A stretch of DNA of 57,147 bases from a virus. Lineage: Duplodnaviria > Caudoviricetes. This document shows, in pieces, positions 30,401-38,537 of this stretch (position 1 is the stretch's first letter; each line of letters opens with the position of its first letter). The position numbers and the translations under genes are program-made. Where the stretch lies: IMG/VR virus record IMGVR_UViG_3300031766_002224, positions 1 through 57,147 of that record. The stretch is one strand, 5' to 3'. The notes beneath the pieces were generated by a model that worked only from the letters and a program-made list of their open reading frames with translations, was not told the DNA's origin and searched no databases.

Positions 30401-33400
30401 AGCGGAAAATCTGTTGACTATTACGTGCTCCCTTTTTGTTCTGGTTGGTACTTTGAAGTTTGTTGAACCAGAAATGTACTCCGATTTGTTCAGAGCGCCG
30501 GTCAATCCGGCGCCTTCATTTTCAACTAAATGATTATTATTGAGAGTCCTTCCGTTGGTCATGACTATTTCATAATCTTTTTTATAATTGCCAATAACTA
30601 GCGGGCTAATTGTAGTTTTTACATTACCCATGTGATACAGCTTGCTACCCGGGAGACCTTTGTGAAACATAGATTTGGGACCGGGTGACTGTTTAATCGT
30701 CAATAACGTGGGGGTTGCCGATATAAAATACGCCTCTGGTCGCTCACTTGAAGAGGTTATCCCAACAGCCACGTTTCGATGTGGCATGCCGCCTGCAAGG
30801 TTTCTCGGCAGAATACTTTGAATCGATGTTGGGATTTCTAAATTGTTTGTTATTTTCAGGTTATGTTTGAAGTTGCTAACGTCGTATCCTGCGGATGAAC
30901 TATAAAAGGTAAACGGCAACATCAAATCAGCGTCTCCGTCTAAATAATTATCCACATCTGAAGTATTTATTTTTGCTACATAAATCTTTTCCTTTTGAGG
31001 GTTTATAACATCGTCGCACTTTCGAAACTCGTAAATATCATCCGACTTTACAGTTATCTCTTTTCCTGTGTTTATTATCTTATACAGATCTTCTATCTTG
31101 TTTGCCTTTCTGTTGTGACCTAAGACTATAAAATCCTGTCTATCGACAGCGTGTTTGTACGGCTTGGTCAAATTCCTCAGAACATATGTCGAGCCGGTGA
31201 CTTTGGTTGTTAATACCTTTTGAAGAGGGTCCCTCTCAGCGCTTTGTTCTTTTCGGTCGCTTTGCCACAAACAGTTTTTATCCTCGTCTGATGAATAATG
31301 TCCATGCTCCCAGTCATATAGTAATTCGTTAATCGATAGAAGGCGTGCCTCAAGATTAGGTTCTTTTCTTTCTAGTCTGTTGTATTTGTGGTCGTATTTG
31401 TTTCTTTCCAGGGCATGTGATTCTACAACGTTTTCTATCCCAACATTCGAAAAAGAAGATGCAGGAATCATCTGTTCTAACAAAACACCTATTGCAGAAT
31501 CCATCCATCTATAATAGCTGACGTACCTCTCGAAATCAACATCGTTCAAAACACTAGAAAAATAGTCCTCTCTCAGGTGATTCAGGAGTTTGTATTCTCT
31601 TCTGTATTTATTTACCGGTTCGCCTATTATGTTGTTGTACGCTTTCGCGCCCGCTAAGAAATCATACATATCTCGTGAGATTGCTTGATAGACACTCTTT
31701 TCGAAGGAGAAAATCCGCGCCTCAGAACGAGAAGCTAGGTTTAACTTTTCGTGGGCGGCGTTTTTTATCTCTATTTCGTCAACGCCCTTGAAACTAGCCA
31801 CTGGAGTGGTTCGAACTATTGGAATATGCTCTTCTTGAACTATCTTAGGAAACTTAGCAGTGAACCCCATTGACTTAAAATTGTACTTTTGGCCAGAGGT
31901 GGCACCATCGGATGAAATACGGTCTGCCGACCCAGATGTTTCATCCAGAACTAGAAAAGGAGTCGCGTCTATAGGCGGGTCGACTGCAGCGAACTGGGTT
32001 CTAAAAATGATAGAAGAGTGACAGTGGTTTCCTGACTTATCGCTATCGTAATGAGGCCGATTCGTACCATAAGTTAGGGGATTTTTGGAGCGCTGCTGCA
32101 GTTCTTCACTTGTGAGCGAGCTGTTCCAAGCGCTAAAGTTGAGTATTCCCGCGTCAGATTTGTTGAGAACTGCGCCGGTTACATTTGTTCTATTTGCTCC
32201 GAGAAAGACGGTTTTGTTCGACTCGTTAAATTGTTCATATTTCGTCTTACTTATGGGCGAGGTAATCGAAAAAGAGTTCACCAAAGTGTCAAGTAAATAG
32301 TTGTACCCAGAGAAAACTAATTGGTATGATTCTTCGCCTAAATCTATGAATGGCTCACTAGTAGATTTCACAACCCTAACCCCTATGTTCCATCTGGAGT
32401 TGTCGTATACTTTATTGATATAGGGGCTACTAATCGAGGACGTAACAAGCGAAGAATTTGACTCCAAAACAAATCTAGATTTTTCCGAATCCAGTGACTT
32501 TTTTTCTGAAAATACAGTTATATTCGCTCTGTCTGGCGTTGTTACGGTAGTGTCATTTTTCGTTTCAGATACTTCTCTTATTCCAAACAGTGAACATTTA
32601 GTACTCTGGAATTCTGAAACTTCTAAGGCAGGAAATAAGAAGGAGCCTTCAAACGTGTACTCGGTATTTGTCGAGCCTGAGTCATTAGGAATAAAAGTTG
32701 ACTCGTCCGAAAGAGATGAAGACATGAAAAGTGTAGCTTCTGTGTTGTGCACAAAATTCAAAGAATTTATTCTTGAAATATATTCTTCTTCTTTTTCTTT
32801 GTTTAAATATATTTCGGAGTTCGGGCGCAAAAACATGTCTGTCAAATCAGTACTATCTATTCCCGATATGGAATATACACTTTTTATTGACGAATATGTA
32901 CCTTTCCTCTTCATTAGGTTATCCGCTTCTACTGCACACCTTTGGGCAAAAGCCTGTCGGACCTCAGTCATGGTTTCTGTGTGTCTAAGGTTTTCTGTTA
33001 TAGCCTCTACTGAATCTGTTATGTTATCCGCTTTTTGAAAAAACGAAGCATATATGAGGCCAATGTTTGTTGCGGCTTGCTCAGAGCGACCTGCTTTAAA
33101 TCCGTTTGTGACTGCGTTATCGATGTCAGTGTCGGTGCACCCTATGAAAATATTGTTACTGTAATTTATTGAGCCCGTACTGTTTATGTCTTCGGTGGTT
33201 ATAATCTGATTTGTTTCTTGATAGTTCGGTATTAGGTCTGTCCTTGTTGAGTCTAGGAATATTTTTATTTCATCAAACTCGCTCGACATCAAATGCAGCA
33301 AAACTTCAAACTCAGTCGCAGTTGAAGACTCCTGCATTCCCTCGCGGGCCCATTCGGGTACAAACCTACGCAGCATGCTTTGGTTTTCACTGTCGTGAGT

Positions 33401-34678
33401 TTCACCTAGACTCTTCAGCTCCTTGGTCAGGGTCTGCACGTCGGTGTGCGCATAATCCAATATAGGGTCTCCAGGTTCGGTGTTTTGGGAGTATTCTGAC
33501 AAAGTTATTGCCGATGTTGGGACGCGAGAGGTAGTGGTATAATTCTTTATTCTACCCACTACATCATTGCCAGAGTGGTCTATGACTAAGCTATCCGCGG
33601 TGGGGACACCGACCGGAGCTTTGTTAAATCTGTAACTTAGTCCTAATCTGTTATCATATTCTATGTTTGAGTGGTCACTTGCATAAATTTTCTTATCGAA
33701 GAATCTTGTTATTTGCTTTGATGATCTGGAACCCTTCCAGAATCTAAAATTGTCAATAGAGCCCGAGAAGTCTCCACTCGCAGAGCCGTGGGCTGCGGCG
33801 ATGGTACCGCCCATATAACTATCTACAACTGGCATTGGACCTGCAGAAACAGTCTGAGAGGAGTCAACTTGGCCGTCCACGTACGTTTTGATGTAGAGGG
33901 TTGAATCACTGTGCCATATTTTGAAAGCGTAGTGGTGCCACTTTGAATCTCCGACCGATGACGTTGTTAGTGTTGACGAACCGATGCGCAGATTTGCAGA
34001 ACCAGAGGAGCCCACGTCATAAGTTAGTCGAAACGGACTACCAGAAGAAGCCGAAAGATACATTTTTATTTGTGCAGAAGTGGTAGTTGAAAGTTTCCCA
34101 GGGTAGGAACCAATGTCGAATATCGTCTCGACTGGATTTAAGTCCTTATTGAAGCCATCTTTCTTCATCCAAAACTCTATAGTGTTCCCCTTGACCGGGT
34201 CAATGCGCAAACCAGTTTGTTTGTGGGTAGCCTTTCCTACAAACTCTGCTTCTGGAATCTTGTTAGGGCCCGAATAGAATTGCACATATTGGCTGTAGTT
34301 GCCCTCGAAGTTGCCCACACTGTTTGGCCAAAATTGCTTATATAAAGACAAATCTACGACGGAGCCCGAGCGGTGCCATTCGATTACTTCTTCTCTTGTT
34401 CCATCGAACGGGTAATAATTGATAATGTTATGAGATGCATCATGATAGTATTGCTGCGCACTGCCAAAAAAAGCAAACTGATCTGGTCTTTTTATTTTTA
34501 CAGAGGGTCGATACGTTTTTGAAAATTTATCGTAAACTTTAGCTAAAGAGTCCGAGTCTAGATCTTTAGATACAACTCCGCCGGCTTCATTAACTGAATG
34601 TACTCTAGTCTGCTCCAAGAACTCTTGTTTTCTTTTGCTTACTTTTAATTTCTGAGGTTTGTTACTGTTATCTGTCAT
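24455..34678 (-). CDS. Giant virion protein (3407 aa) with LamG/concanavalin-like domains; baseplate wedge/fibre-like
   Basis: NTIEFWMK...DSKWHHYAF...FSGSIDNFRFW LamG pattern, a second degenerate LamG, an internal repeat, and a C-terminal IYVNGVLQ...DY...IVF module. Confidence 0.7.
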   Translation of the reverse strand: MTDNSNKPQKLKVSKRKQEFLEQTRVHSVNEAGGVVSKDLDSDSLAKVYDKFSKTYRPSVKIKRPDQFAFFGSAQQYYHDASHNIINYYPFDGTREEVIEWHRSGSVVDLSLYKQFWPNSVGNFEGNYSQYVQFYSGPNKIPEAEFVGKATHKQTGLRIDPVKGNTIEFWMKKDGFNKDLNPVETIFDIGSYPGKLSTTTSAQIKMYLSASSGSPFRLTYDVGSSGSANLRIGSSTLTTSSVGDSKWHHYAFKIWHSDSTLYIKTYVDGQVDSSQTVSAGPMPVVDSYMGGTIAAAHGSASGDFSGSIDNFRFWKGSRSSKQITRFFDKKIYASDHSNIEYDNRLGLSYRFNKAPVGVPTADSLVIDHSGNDVVGRIKNYTTTSRVPTSAITLSEYSQNTEPGDPILDYAHTDVQTLTKELKSLGETHDSENQSMLRRFVPEWAREGMQESSTATEFEVLLHLMSSEFDEIKIFLDSTRTDLIPNYQETNQIITTEDINSTGSINYSNNIFIGCTDTDIDNAVTNGFKAGRSEQAATNIGLIYASFFQKADNITDSVEAITENLRHTETMTEVRQAFAQRCAVEADNLMKRKGTYSSIKSVYSISGIDSTDLTDMFLRPNSEIYLNKEKEEEYISRINSLNFVHNTEATLFMSSSLSDESTFIPNDSGSTNTEYTFEGSFLFPALEVSEFQSTKCSLFGIREVSETKNDTTVTTPDRANITVFSEKKSLDSEKSRFVLESNSSLVTSSISSPYINKVYDNSRWNIGVRVVKSTSEPFIDLGEESYQLVFSGYNYLLDTLVNSFSITSPISKTKYEQFNESNKTVFLGANRTNVTGAVLNKSDAGILNFSAWNSSLTSEELQQRSKNPLTYGTNRPHYDSDKSGNHCHSSIIFRTQFAAVDPPIDATPFLVLDETSGSADRISSDGATSGQKYNFKSMGFTAKFPKIVQEEHIPIVRTTPVASFKGVDEIEIKNAAHEKLNLASRSEARIFSFEKSVYQAISRDMYDFLAGAKAYNNIIGEPVNKYRREYKLLNHLREDYFSSVLNDVDFERYVSYYRWMDSAIGVLLEQMIPASSFSNVGIENVVESHALERNKYDHKYNRLERKEPNLEARLLSINELLYDWEHGHYSSDEDKNCLWQSDRKEQSAERDPLQKVLTTKVTGSTYVLRNLTKPYKHAVDRQDFIVLGHNRKANKIEDLYKIINTGKEITVKSDDIYEFRKCDDVINPQKEKIYVAKINTSDVDNYLDGDADLMLPFTFYSSSAGYDVSNFKHNLKITNNLEIPTSIQSILPRNLAGGMPHRNVAVGITSSSERPEAYFISATPTLLTIKQSPGPKSMFHKGLPGSKLYHMGNVKTTISPLVIGNYKKDYEIVMTNGRTLNNNHLVENEGAGLTGALNKSEYISGSTNFKVPTRTKREHVIVNRFSAPGSPESSAPFGMDREAEEYSIYDTINYRNSLVRNVYNILSTERAEKFGFRSGSSAQLSIHKTNRNLRRFTGSIHTTVSSDNYFVQHQIPHHDFGYSWITASANESVYEFLNKNGNIEFQHNFDISGSVKSSQTISFLSASDLGTSNTFNVAGIMPPKDTISGAPASTLPGWHGVDFVGTNYLIFEPVTSSSNHLGYPKLQGDFYPFYYNPSYTPIGSAHGKRAKGTYILNALINNRQGPYGWPTWKQIRGGNHPIIMHHRKENTMSAVFRGDSPFPSVYPGVEFDYSRTVVDNNTKTKPRIVKNYKEIMATCKFNPITVSMHTYNTEGGIEFLSDGPLPRHLSQRSLAAMWFNDEFAHEFIIKLQGKMNTILLPSLSMRAPAQNIVTGFANQEMADDIRFKEKPFLECGNLQIINDFIRENDRNPNATYLEINYIETVYPREINTFTKHARTRELFDFFGWKSKSSERNLILTGNMNYGNFVFTDAQRKYFLKPTTVSSEREFMNSYYDSYEHIDLNTTGTAASVESSRFVTSSKWVLDSRSSFTSKPTNITSSYFVDGFSFMSTREQGTKGEGILQNDYSIFPLGINTLRGAPPFAPVYNRRIPQESGNDVYLSGESKWDITSSAPLGPFYNKYDDFAEEARLVGQEYSLLPEFRISQYIEDIYASGNFSRHDPPIIGDDFLQLTGAVYHSSSGEISIGKQFFKTYSNSDFMKYFQPFRDNLDNNDFDISSGRITMRCSAVKRLLPYRGFYPAERAVQLTEVFDRGYMPTGSYELDYIQNSALTQQQSEDSIRLKIENAKSQVSKPLFAPGVLFNSIKTGLAVDYPIFSSSVDQYKKHMKDSGKYTGSVNFSYYGTSITDDETFDNSNLVVYTNSGKTAGKIYSFQNDNTGSSGALIAGGASPTILVDVDDRLALIDIVSQLQHAIGSENGHNGEITSSYSEKTKILTLQQTRFGPTTEFLSGTGTGFINRVTYAGFGGTGNSVSTPVTSFTDFSFGETTCYTGSLINDTVDTGIPRLTGSAERRIDFDDLLQPERLFGQTIYENEPHPSASLLYGDRQFLRVVDHAPKFGSLESTNTSENNATSFTQNFSTQRDSLRAYRSAANNFTSETVKFFLEGERLQSIISAPAKPRLEASTVYKMRVYVHNRDTMMYDRHSAFGPPVDEGDVTMTSHVLTNGTPASGSINLSDDRFDDFSYLGNNELLDDMLIFFEDSSMSKAGHIYHFDTTDNASKQTGAAFTLSSPSWAVDAKGVYVQVKDMFTRTAVAAELLQAITGATGHNGAISGSYNSGTESLDLVNSSAGTPDYPYILATCTGGECGTRLIAVPFDGGIEAVDEEFLTTTTTTTADSHGYLPYVAPYLDPNTAPYAEITFTPTTTKEYTIPEIIDDMSVTYYNMPSPSNPTANSNYKEAMVLSASVEFDKTVLLYTDNFVLPPGGDSQRVPVHDGSSLHRWVIRPKWETPVLDFGDTKSSALNLSNNQESKVSNSPWKNRFQTSYYEMTNQSSTPYLTASTGMWHQDGNLRTEAPHKGYFLTVVGAREDPKNSFGNLAAEVGFLDTVQSPSMTYGTAESQPFKAVKLGRVAETKIISEAVIAIPYYLTDDCDMKFFPMKEGLYDFAQQINKREREEYVQALRGATGAREIENIKEQYEKFHESVGMETADCASYQLRMMDKYILPPQFDFVRNKSVDPHVAYIFQFKAELSADDLSDIWQNVYPRSGKGISVTQHSKPTRDDVTTDVEYVTHLLAPGSAPFLKGKHSVFDSPEDFLEKDVRWLVFKIKYRAESHYSNVVNDSISEIEENVVEYSGVRKYEDKMVTHIQTSDTDKKIFSDYSYNWPYDYFSMIEMVKLESKVDFLSHATGQPGGVAASSPGTSVDTTQEITIADTGATAATALSTALDSIVSRQEIKSDTDSLPSSPNRFPVSVPEGATIRTNSETIYVNGVLQAPGSSDDYVMSGNTIVFSYNLDSNDKVHASYIKE
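26405..27860 (-). repeat. Two diverged copies of a ~130-150 aa module within the giant protein (about 27462-27860 and 26405-26856)
   Basis: GSVNFS..AGKIYSF..QLQHAIGSENGHNGEITSSY..FGG versus GSINLS..AGHIYHF..ELLQAITGATGHNGAISGSY..FDGG. Confidence 0.7.
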
Positions 34679-36147
34679 TAATCCACTCTAAATCTAAACT
34701 TTTCTTCTAATTCTTTGAACTTATCATTATCTTTGTGCAAAAAGCTCATCTCATATAAATAGTTTGATTCTAAAATTGACATATCTAATTCAAAAAAAGA
34801 GCCGCTAATGTCGTATGACATCCTAGAAAACGACTTGCCTAAGGCGCTGCCCGTGGAATATGGTATTACCACATAGTCGTCCACCACTCTGCTTATCTTA
34901 TAATAAGCTTCGCGGATATTGTTCACAGGAGCGTTGGTTGAGGCCACAGTATATACATTCGGTTTCCAATTTCTATCCCTGGTATATAATCTGAACGTCT
35001 CTCTTTCTGAAGTTTTGTATGAATCTTTCATATTTACCACGCTTGCTACGTACTCTGACTTTTCGTATGAGGTAGATAAAACATCTTGGTACACCGTGAA
35101 GCCTGAACCTGTAAACATTGGCGTCTTTAGGCCAGATGATGAGGTCGACCAGATGTCAAATAGCGAGGTCTTAGCTCCGGTGTATGCAAATTGTGCTTTA
35201 TACGTACCTGTGTTTACTCTGCTCGCTGTTACGAAAGTAGGGTCTGCTGCCACAACTCCGCCGGCGATAGATAGTGTCTCAGGTGATGCGCCTGCGGCGT
35301 CTCCTAACGAAGACGAGTACATTTGTACAACCAGTACAGAGCCGGTGTCCGGAATGTCTGACAATGAGCCTCTGTGCCTGTTATATAAATATATATTATT
35401 TAAATTGTCGGATGCGGGTGCCATGCTGCTAGATTTAAAAATGTTGCCTCTGTCGTCAAGAATAGAATCTTCAAATTGGGCTTCAATTGTTGGCCTCTTG
35501 AAGAAAAATTCCGTTCCGCGCGCAAAGAACCTTTTCGTATAGTAAGACCTCTCAAGACTTCCGTCTTCAAATGCTCCGGACATTCTCAGCATTAATCCAT
35601 AATCTGATATGGTTCCTGCCACCCATGCTTCTACGATGTTTGTAATATCCACACTTAAGTCTTCATATCCTCCGCTGAAGTGGGCTGTTTTTTCGTATAT
35701 TAAATTTGGGCTGTAATCTCCTCCAGGTGACGTCCAAGATATTCCATGACTGGCAGACACCCAGTTGCTTGCATCTGCGTCTGAGTAGAGCTCCATGTCC
35801 AAACCCACGCCCTCGTTCCAAGCGCGCGTCAGGGGGTTCACGCATATCTTAAAGTTCTTCGGTAATGTTTCTCCATGGGTCGCATTATGTAACTTAAGCT
35901 TAAAATCCACAGAGGCTGCAGCAGGTATTAATCCATCGGCGCGCGCTGACGTTATCTCTCCAATTGGAAACTGCATTATCATTCTAGACTTTTCTAAGGA
36001 GGAAGTGGTTGCTTGTCCGTATATGGAAAAAAGCTCCATGATATCTGAAGCTCCCATGTTTGAAAGAGATCCGGATGAGACCAGATTTTCTTTATACGCG
36101 TTGGTAATTGTGTTGTCTTTGGTTGCTATAAATTTTTTTATTGGCAT
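34678..36147 (-). CDS. Virion protein with DNRLRE/disaggregatase-like domain
   Basis: DNTITN...KSRMIMQF...LKLHN...WNEGVG...W...GGD...DYGLMLR...RPTIE pattern. Confidence 0.6.
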   Translation of the reverse strand: MPIKKFIATKDNTITNAYKENLVSSGSLSNMGASDIMELFSIYGQATTSSLEKSRMIMQFPIGEITSARADGLIPAAASVDFKLKLHNATHGETLPKNFKICVNPLTRAWNEGVGLDMELYSDADASNWVSASHGISWTSPGGDYSPNLIYEKTAHFSGGYEDLSVDITNIVEAWVAGTISDYGLMLRMSGAFEDGSLERSYYTKRFFARGTEFFFKRPTIEAQFEDSILDDRGNIFKSSSMAPASDNLNNIYLYNRHRGSLSDIPDTGSVLVVQMYSSSLGDAAGASPETLSIAGGVVAADPTFVTASRVNTGTYKAQFAYTGAKTSLFDIWSTSSSGLKTPMFTGSGFTVYQDVLSTSYEKSEYVASVVNMKDSYKTSERETFRLYTRDRNWKPNVYTVASTNAPVNNIREAYYKISRVVDDYVVIPYSTGSALGKSFSRMSYDISGSFFELDMSILESNYLYEMSFLHKDNDKFKELEEKFRFRVD

Positions 36148-37949
36148 TATTTAATGACCCCTGTAATATCTGATTGTTTTTTTATTTCCCATATGAAATC
36201 TTCTGGCATATAGACCATAGAACCATCAGGTGCAACGTTAGGAGAGATGTCATAGCGCGTGTCAGAAAAGCCTGTCCCACTTTTTACCTTCACTTGTACT
36301 TTGTTCACTCTACTTATCATTGGCATGAGATTTAATATCCTCTCAATTTCGCCAATCGAAAATGCTTGGCCGATTTCCGGAGTGGTTAAACTTATTTCTT
36401 CAAATAAGAATTCTCTTATTCTAGGCATTGCAGTGTTCAGGTCCTCTTTATCCGCGAGGGTTATATCCAAGTGCAAGCCTAGATTTAAAATTGACGCGTC
36501 GTAAATATCTATAGTGTCGGACACCATCTTGACAGAACCTATCCATTTTTTTAAGTTTTTCTTCAACAAAGAGCTGGCCGTTTGAAGGTTTCCTTCCTCG
36601 TCTTCCGATATGCAATATAAATTCAAGTTTCTTCTTAGTCCGTTCGAGTCTCGATGCACGGCCGCTTTTCTTATTTTTCCAAACTTTGGCGGCATAGCAT
36701 AACTCATACCAGTTATGTCTCTAGCTGTGACGGCGCGCCCTTGGGCACCGATTGCAGCCTGACATGTCACCGCGATTTCTTTTGTTGATTGAAAGCGGAC
36801 TAGTCCGTTGAAAGGTTCATCATTCGTGCACGACAAATTGTTTCTAACGAAGTCCATGTTAGGCTGTCCGAAATCTATTTCGTTGTCAAAAACCATCTCT
36901 GGTGTTATGATCTTTGTGACGGCGCCGATTGCGATATTAGAGTTATCACTGCTATTTGAGCGATATGTTATTGTCAACGTGGTGTTCTGGGGGCCCACTC
37001 CGTACTTATCTGATTTTAAATATTTTCCAGGGACCATAACTCTATCAGAGACGTGTTTCCTACTGTGTCTTTGAAGGAAGAAATCTGGGGAATGTGCTGG
37101 TTGGTTCTTTATCTTTAATGTATCTTCCGAGCCATACCCAAATTCAAGAAGTTTTCTGGAGCCTTCCTCAAAGAAACGAAACCGGCGAGGGACTGGCAAG
37201 TCTATCATCCTTTCCACTAACTCTCCCGAATCAGCGTCCTTGTCTCTTATTTCTTTAGTTATTGTGTTGAGGCTAAGATTTCCCACCTCATAATATCTAT
37301 TGCCCTCTGTATCAATTACATCCAGTATCTCTGTACAGGACATGTCTGGGACTTCCACTTGCAAAAAGTGGTTATACTGGCCAACTTCTACTACAAACTT
37401 CTTTATTTCACCTGCAATGCAGTTAGCTCGTTTCTCTACATAATATACTAATGAGCGCGTCCCGTCTGTACTGTAGCTGGTTGTCACGTGTTTATCTGTT
37501 AATGGATTAATTATAATATCTTCTGCTAACTCTACCTGCTGGCCGGACTCGCTAGCCATTATTGAACCTTTCATTAACGTATATCCACCATTTAAATCTG
37601 GAGATACTTGGTCTTCTGACACCACCATCGGGAGGCGCAGCACAACCGTGCCTTGCGGTGGTGTTTCTCCCAAAAATACGCCTGCTCTTCTGGCTCCAGC
37701 CGTGAGACCCATGCCAGTCCGTGCGAACTCAACGAAACCTTCGTTAGCTACAAATTGAGCATAAAAGTTCAACTGCTCACCAACCATAGCTACCAAGTCG
37801 AACATCAGAGAACCAAAACTAGTTTTGCTAAAATCCCTATAGGTATCCGGATAGTATGTTTCTGCTCTGTTTAATATTTTTTGCTTTATCTCATCAAACG
37901 TAACACTTGTGTATTCTGTGTTTGGTAATCCTCTGTCATTATTTGGCAT
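36147..37949 (-). CDS. Baseplate wedge protein (T4 gp6 / baseplate J-like)
   Basis: FDEIKQKI...YYPDTYRDFS...LVAMVGEQLNFY and QGRAVTARD motifs; follows the gp25-like gene. Confidence 0.85.
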   Translation of the reverse strand: MPNNDRGLPNTEYTSVTFDEIKQKILNRAETYYPDTYRDFSKTSFGSLMFDLVAMVGEQLNFYAQFVANEGFVEFARTGMGLTAGARRAGVFLGETPPQGTVVLRLPMVVSEDQVSPDLNGGYTLMKGSIMASESGQQVELAEDIIINPLTDKHVTTSYSTDGTRSLVYYVEKRANCIAGEIKKFVVEVGQYNHFLQVEVPDMSCTEILDVIDTEGNRYYEVGNLSLNTITKEIRDKDADSGELVERMIDLPVPRRFRFFEEGSRKLLEFGYGSEDTLKIKNQPAHSPDFFLQRHSRKHVSDRVMVPGKYLKSDKYGVGPQNTTLTITYRSNSSDNSNIAIGAVTKIITPEMVFDNEIDFGQPNMDFVRNNLSCTNDEPFNGLVRFQSTKEIAVTCQAAIGAQGRAVTARDITGMSYAMPPKFGKIRKAAVHRDSNGLRRNLNLYCISEDEEGNLQTASSLLKKNLKKWIGSVKMVSDTIDIYDASILNLGLHLDITLADKEDLNTAMPRIREFLFEEISLTTPEIGQAFSIGEIERILNLMPMISRVNKVQVKVKSGTGFSDTRYDISPNVAPDGSMVYMPEDFIWEIKKQSDITGVIK

Positions 37950-37973
37950 CTGTATATCTCCGTGTCTTTTTAT

Positions 37974-38507
37974 TTAAAGCATTGTTGTGTCACTAACCAA
38001 AGACTCTCTTCGGTTTAGTATATCTATTCCTTGAAATCTAGTCGCGTCAAGATCTTTGGCTCTGAATCCGTCCATAGCTTTCTCGAATACCGTTGTGAAG
38101 CCAATTGAGCCAAGAACTGTATAGGCCATTGTAATTTTTACTCGATTGCTATCGATATCTTCGTCTGTATAGTTGAAAGAAATATCAACCAATTTAACCT
38201 GAGGTAGATGGCGGCGCAACTGCTCTTGAATGTTTGGACCCAAAGACTGTAATTTTTCAGAGTTTGGGTACTCAAAAATATAATGCTTTAGGCCCACGCC
38301 AATCTCTGGGCTCATTGGCCATTCCCCAGGGCTAGTCATCAATAAATTTATAAAATTTTTCTTGTAAGATTCCTCTATAGAAGTTATGGGTCGGTATGGT
38401 CCATAGGCTACATCATACTCAAGCGGAAAGTGTGGTTGTTGTTGGTTTTTTATATTTCGCTTTGCGTTCCTTGAAACAATATCATTTAATATTGACATAT
38501 CCAACAC
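37974..38507 (-). CDS. Baseplate protein, gp25-like (sheath initiator)
   Basis: KKNFINLLMTSPGEWPMSPEIGVGLKHYIFE matches the GPW/gp25 L.T.pGER...P.fG..L pattern. Confidence 0.8.
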   Translation of the reverse strand: MLDMSILNDIVSRNAKRNIKNQQQPHFPLEYDVAYGPYRPITSIEESYKKNFINLLMTSPGEWPMSPEIGVGLKHYIFEYPNSEKLQSLGPNIQEQLRRHLPQVKLVDISFNYTDEDIDSNRVKITMAYTVLGSIGFTTVFEKAMDGFRAKDLDATRFQGIDILNRRESLVSDTTML

Positions 38508-38520
38508 TCCTTTTACTCTC

Positions 38521-38528
38521 TAAATAGT
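38521..38528 (-). promoter_or_regulatory. ACTATTTA candidate late promoter
   Basis: Located in the 30-nt gap upstream of the gp25-like gene. Confidence 0.55.
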
Positions 38529-38537
38529 ACATATTAA

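Noticed and set aside
17741-33613. 14-bp inverted match between 17741-17754 (GTCGGTGTCCCCAC) and 33600-33613, considered as an inversion site
   Set aside because: Several 14-mer matches are expected by chance in 57 kb, the match does not extend, and no recombinase is present.
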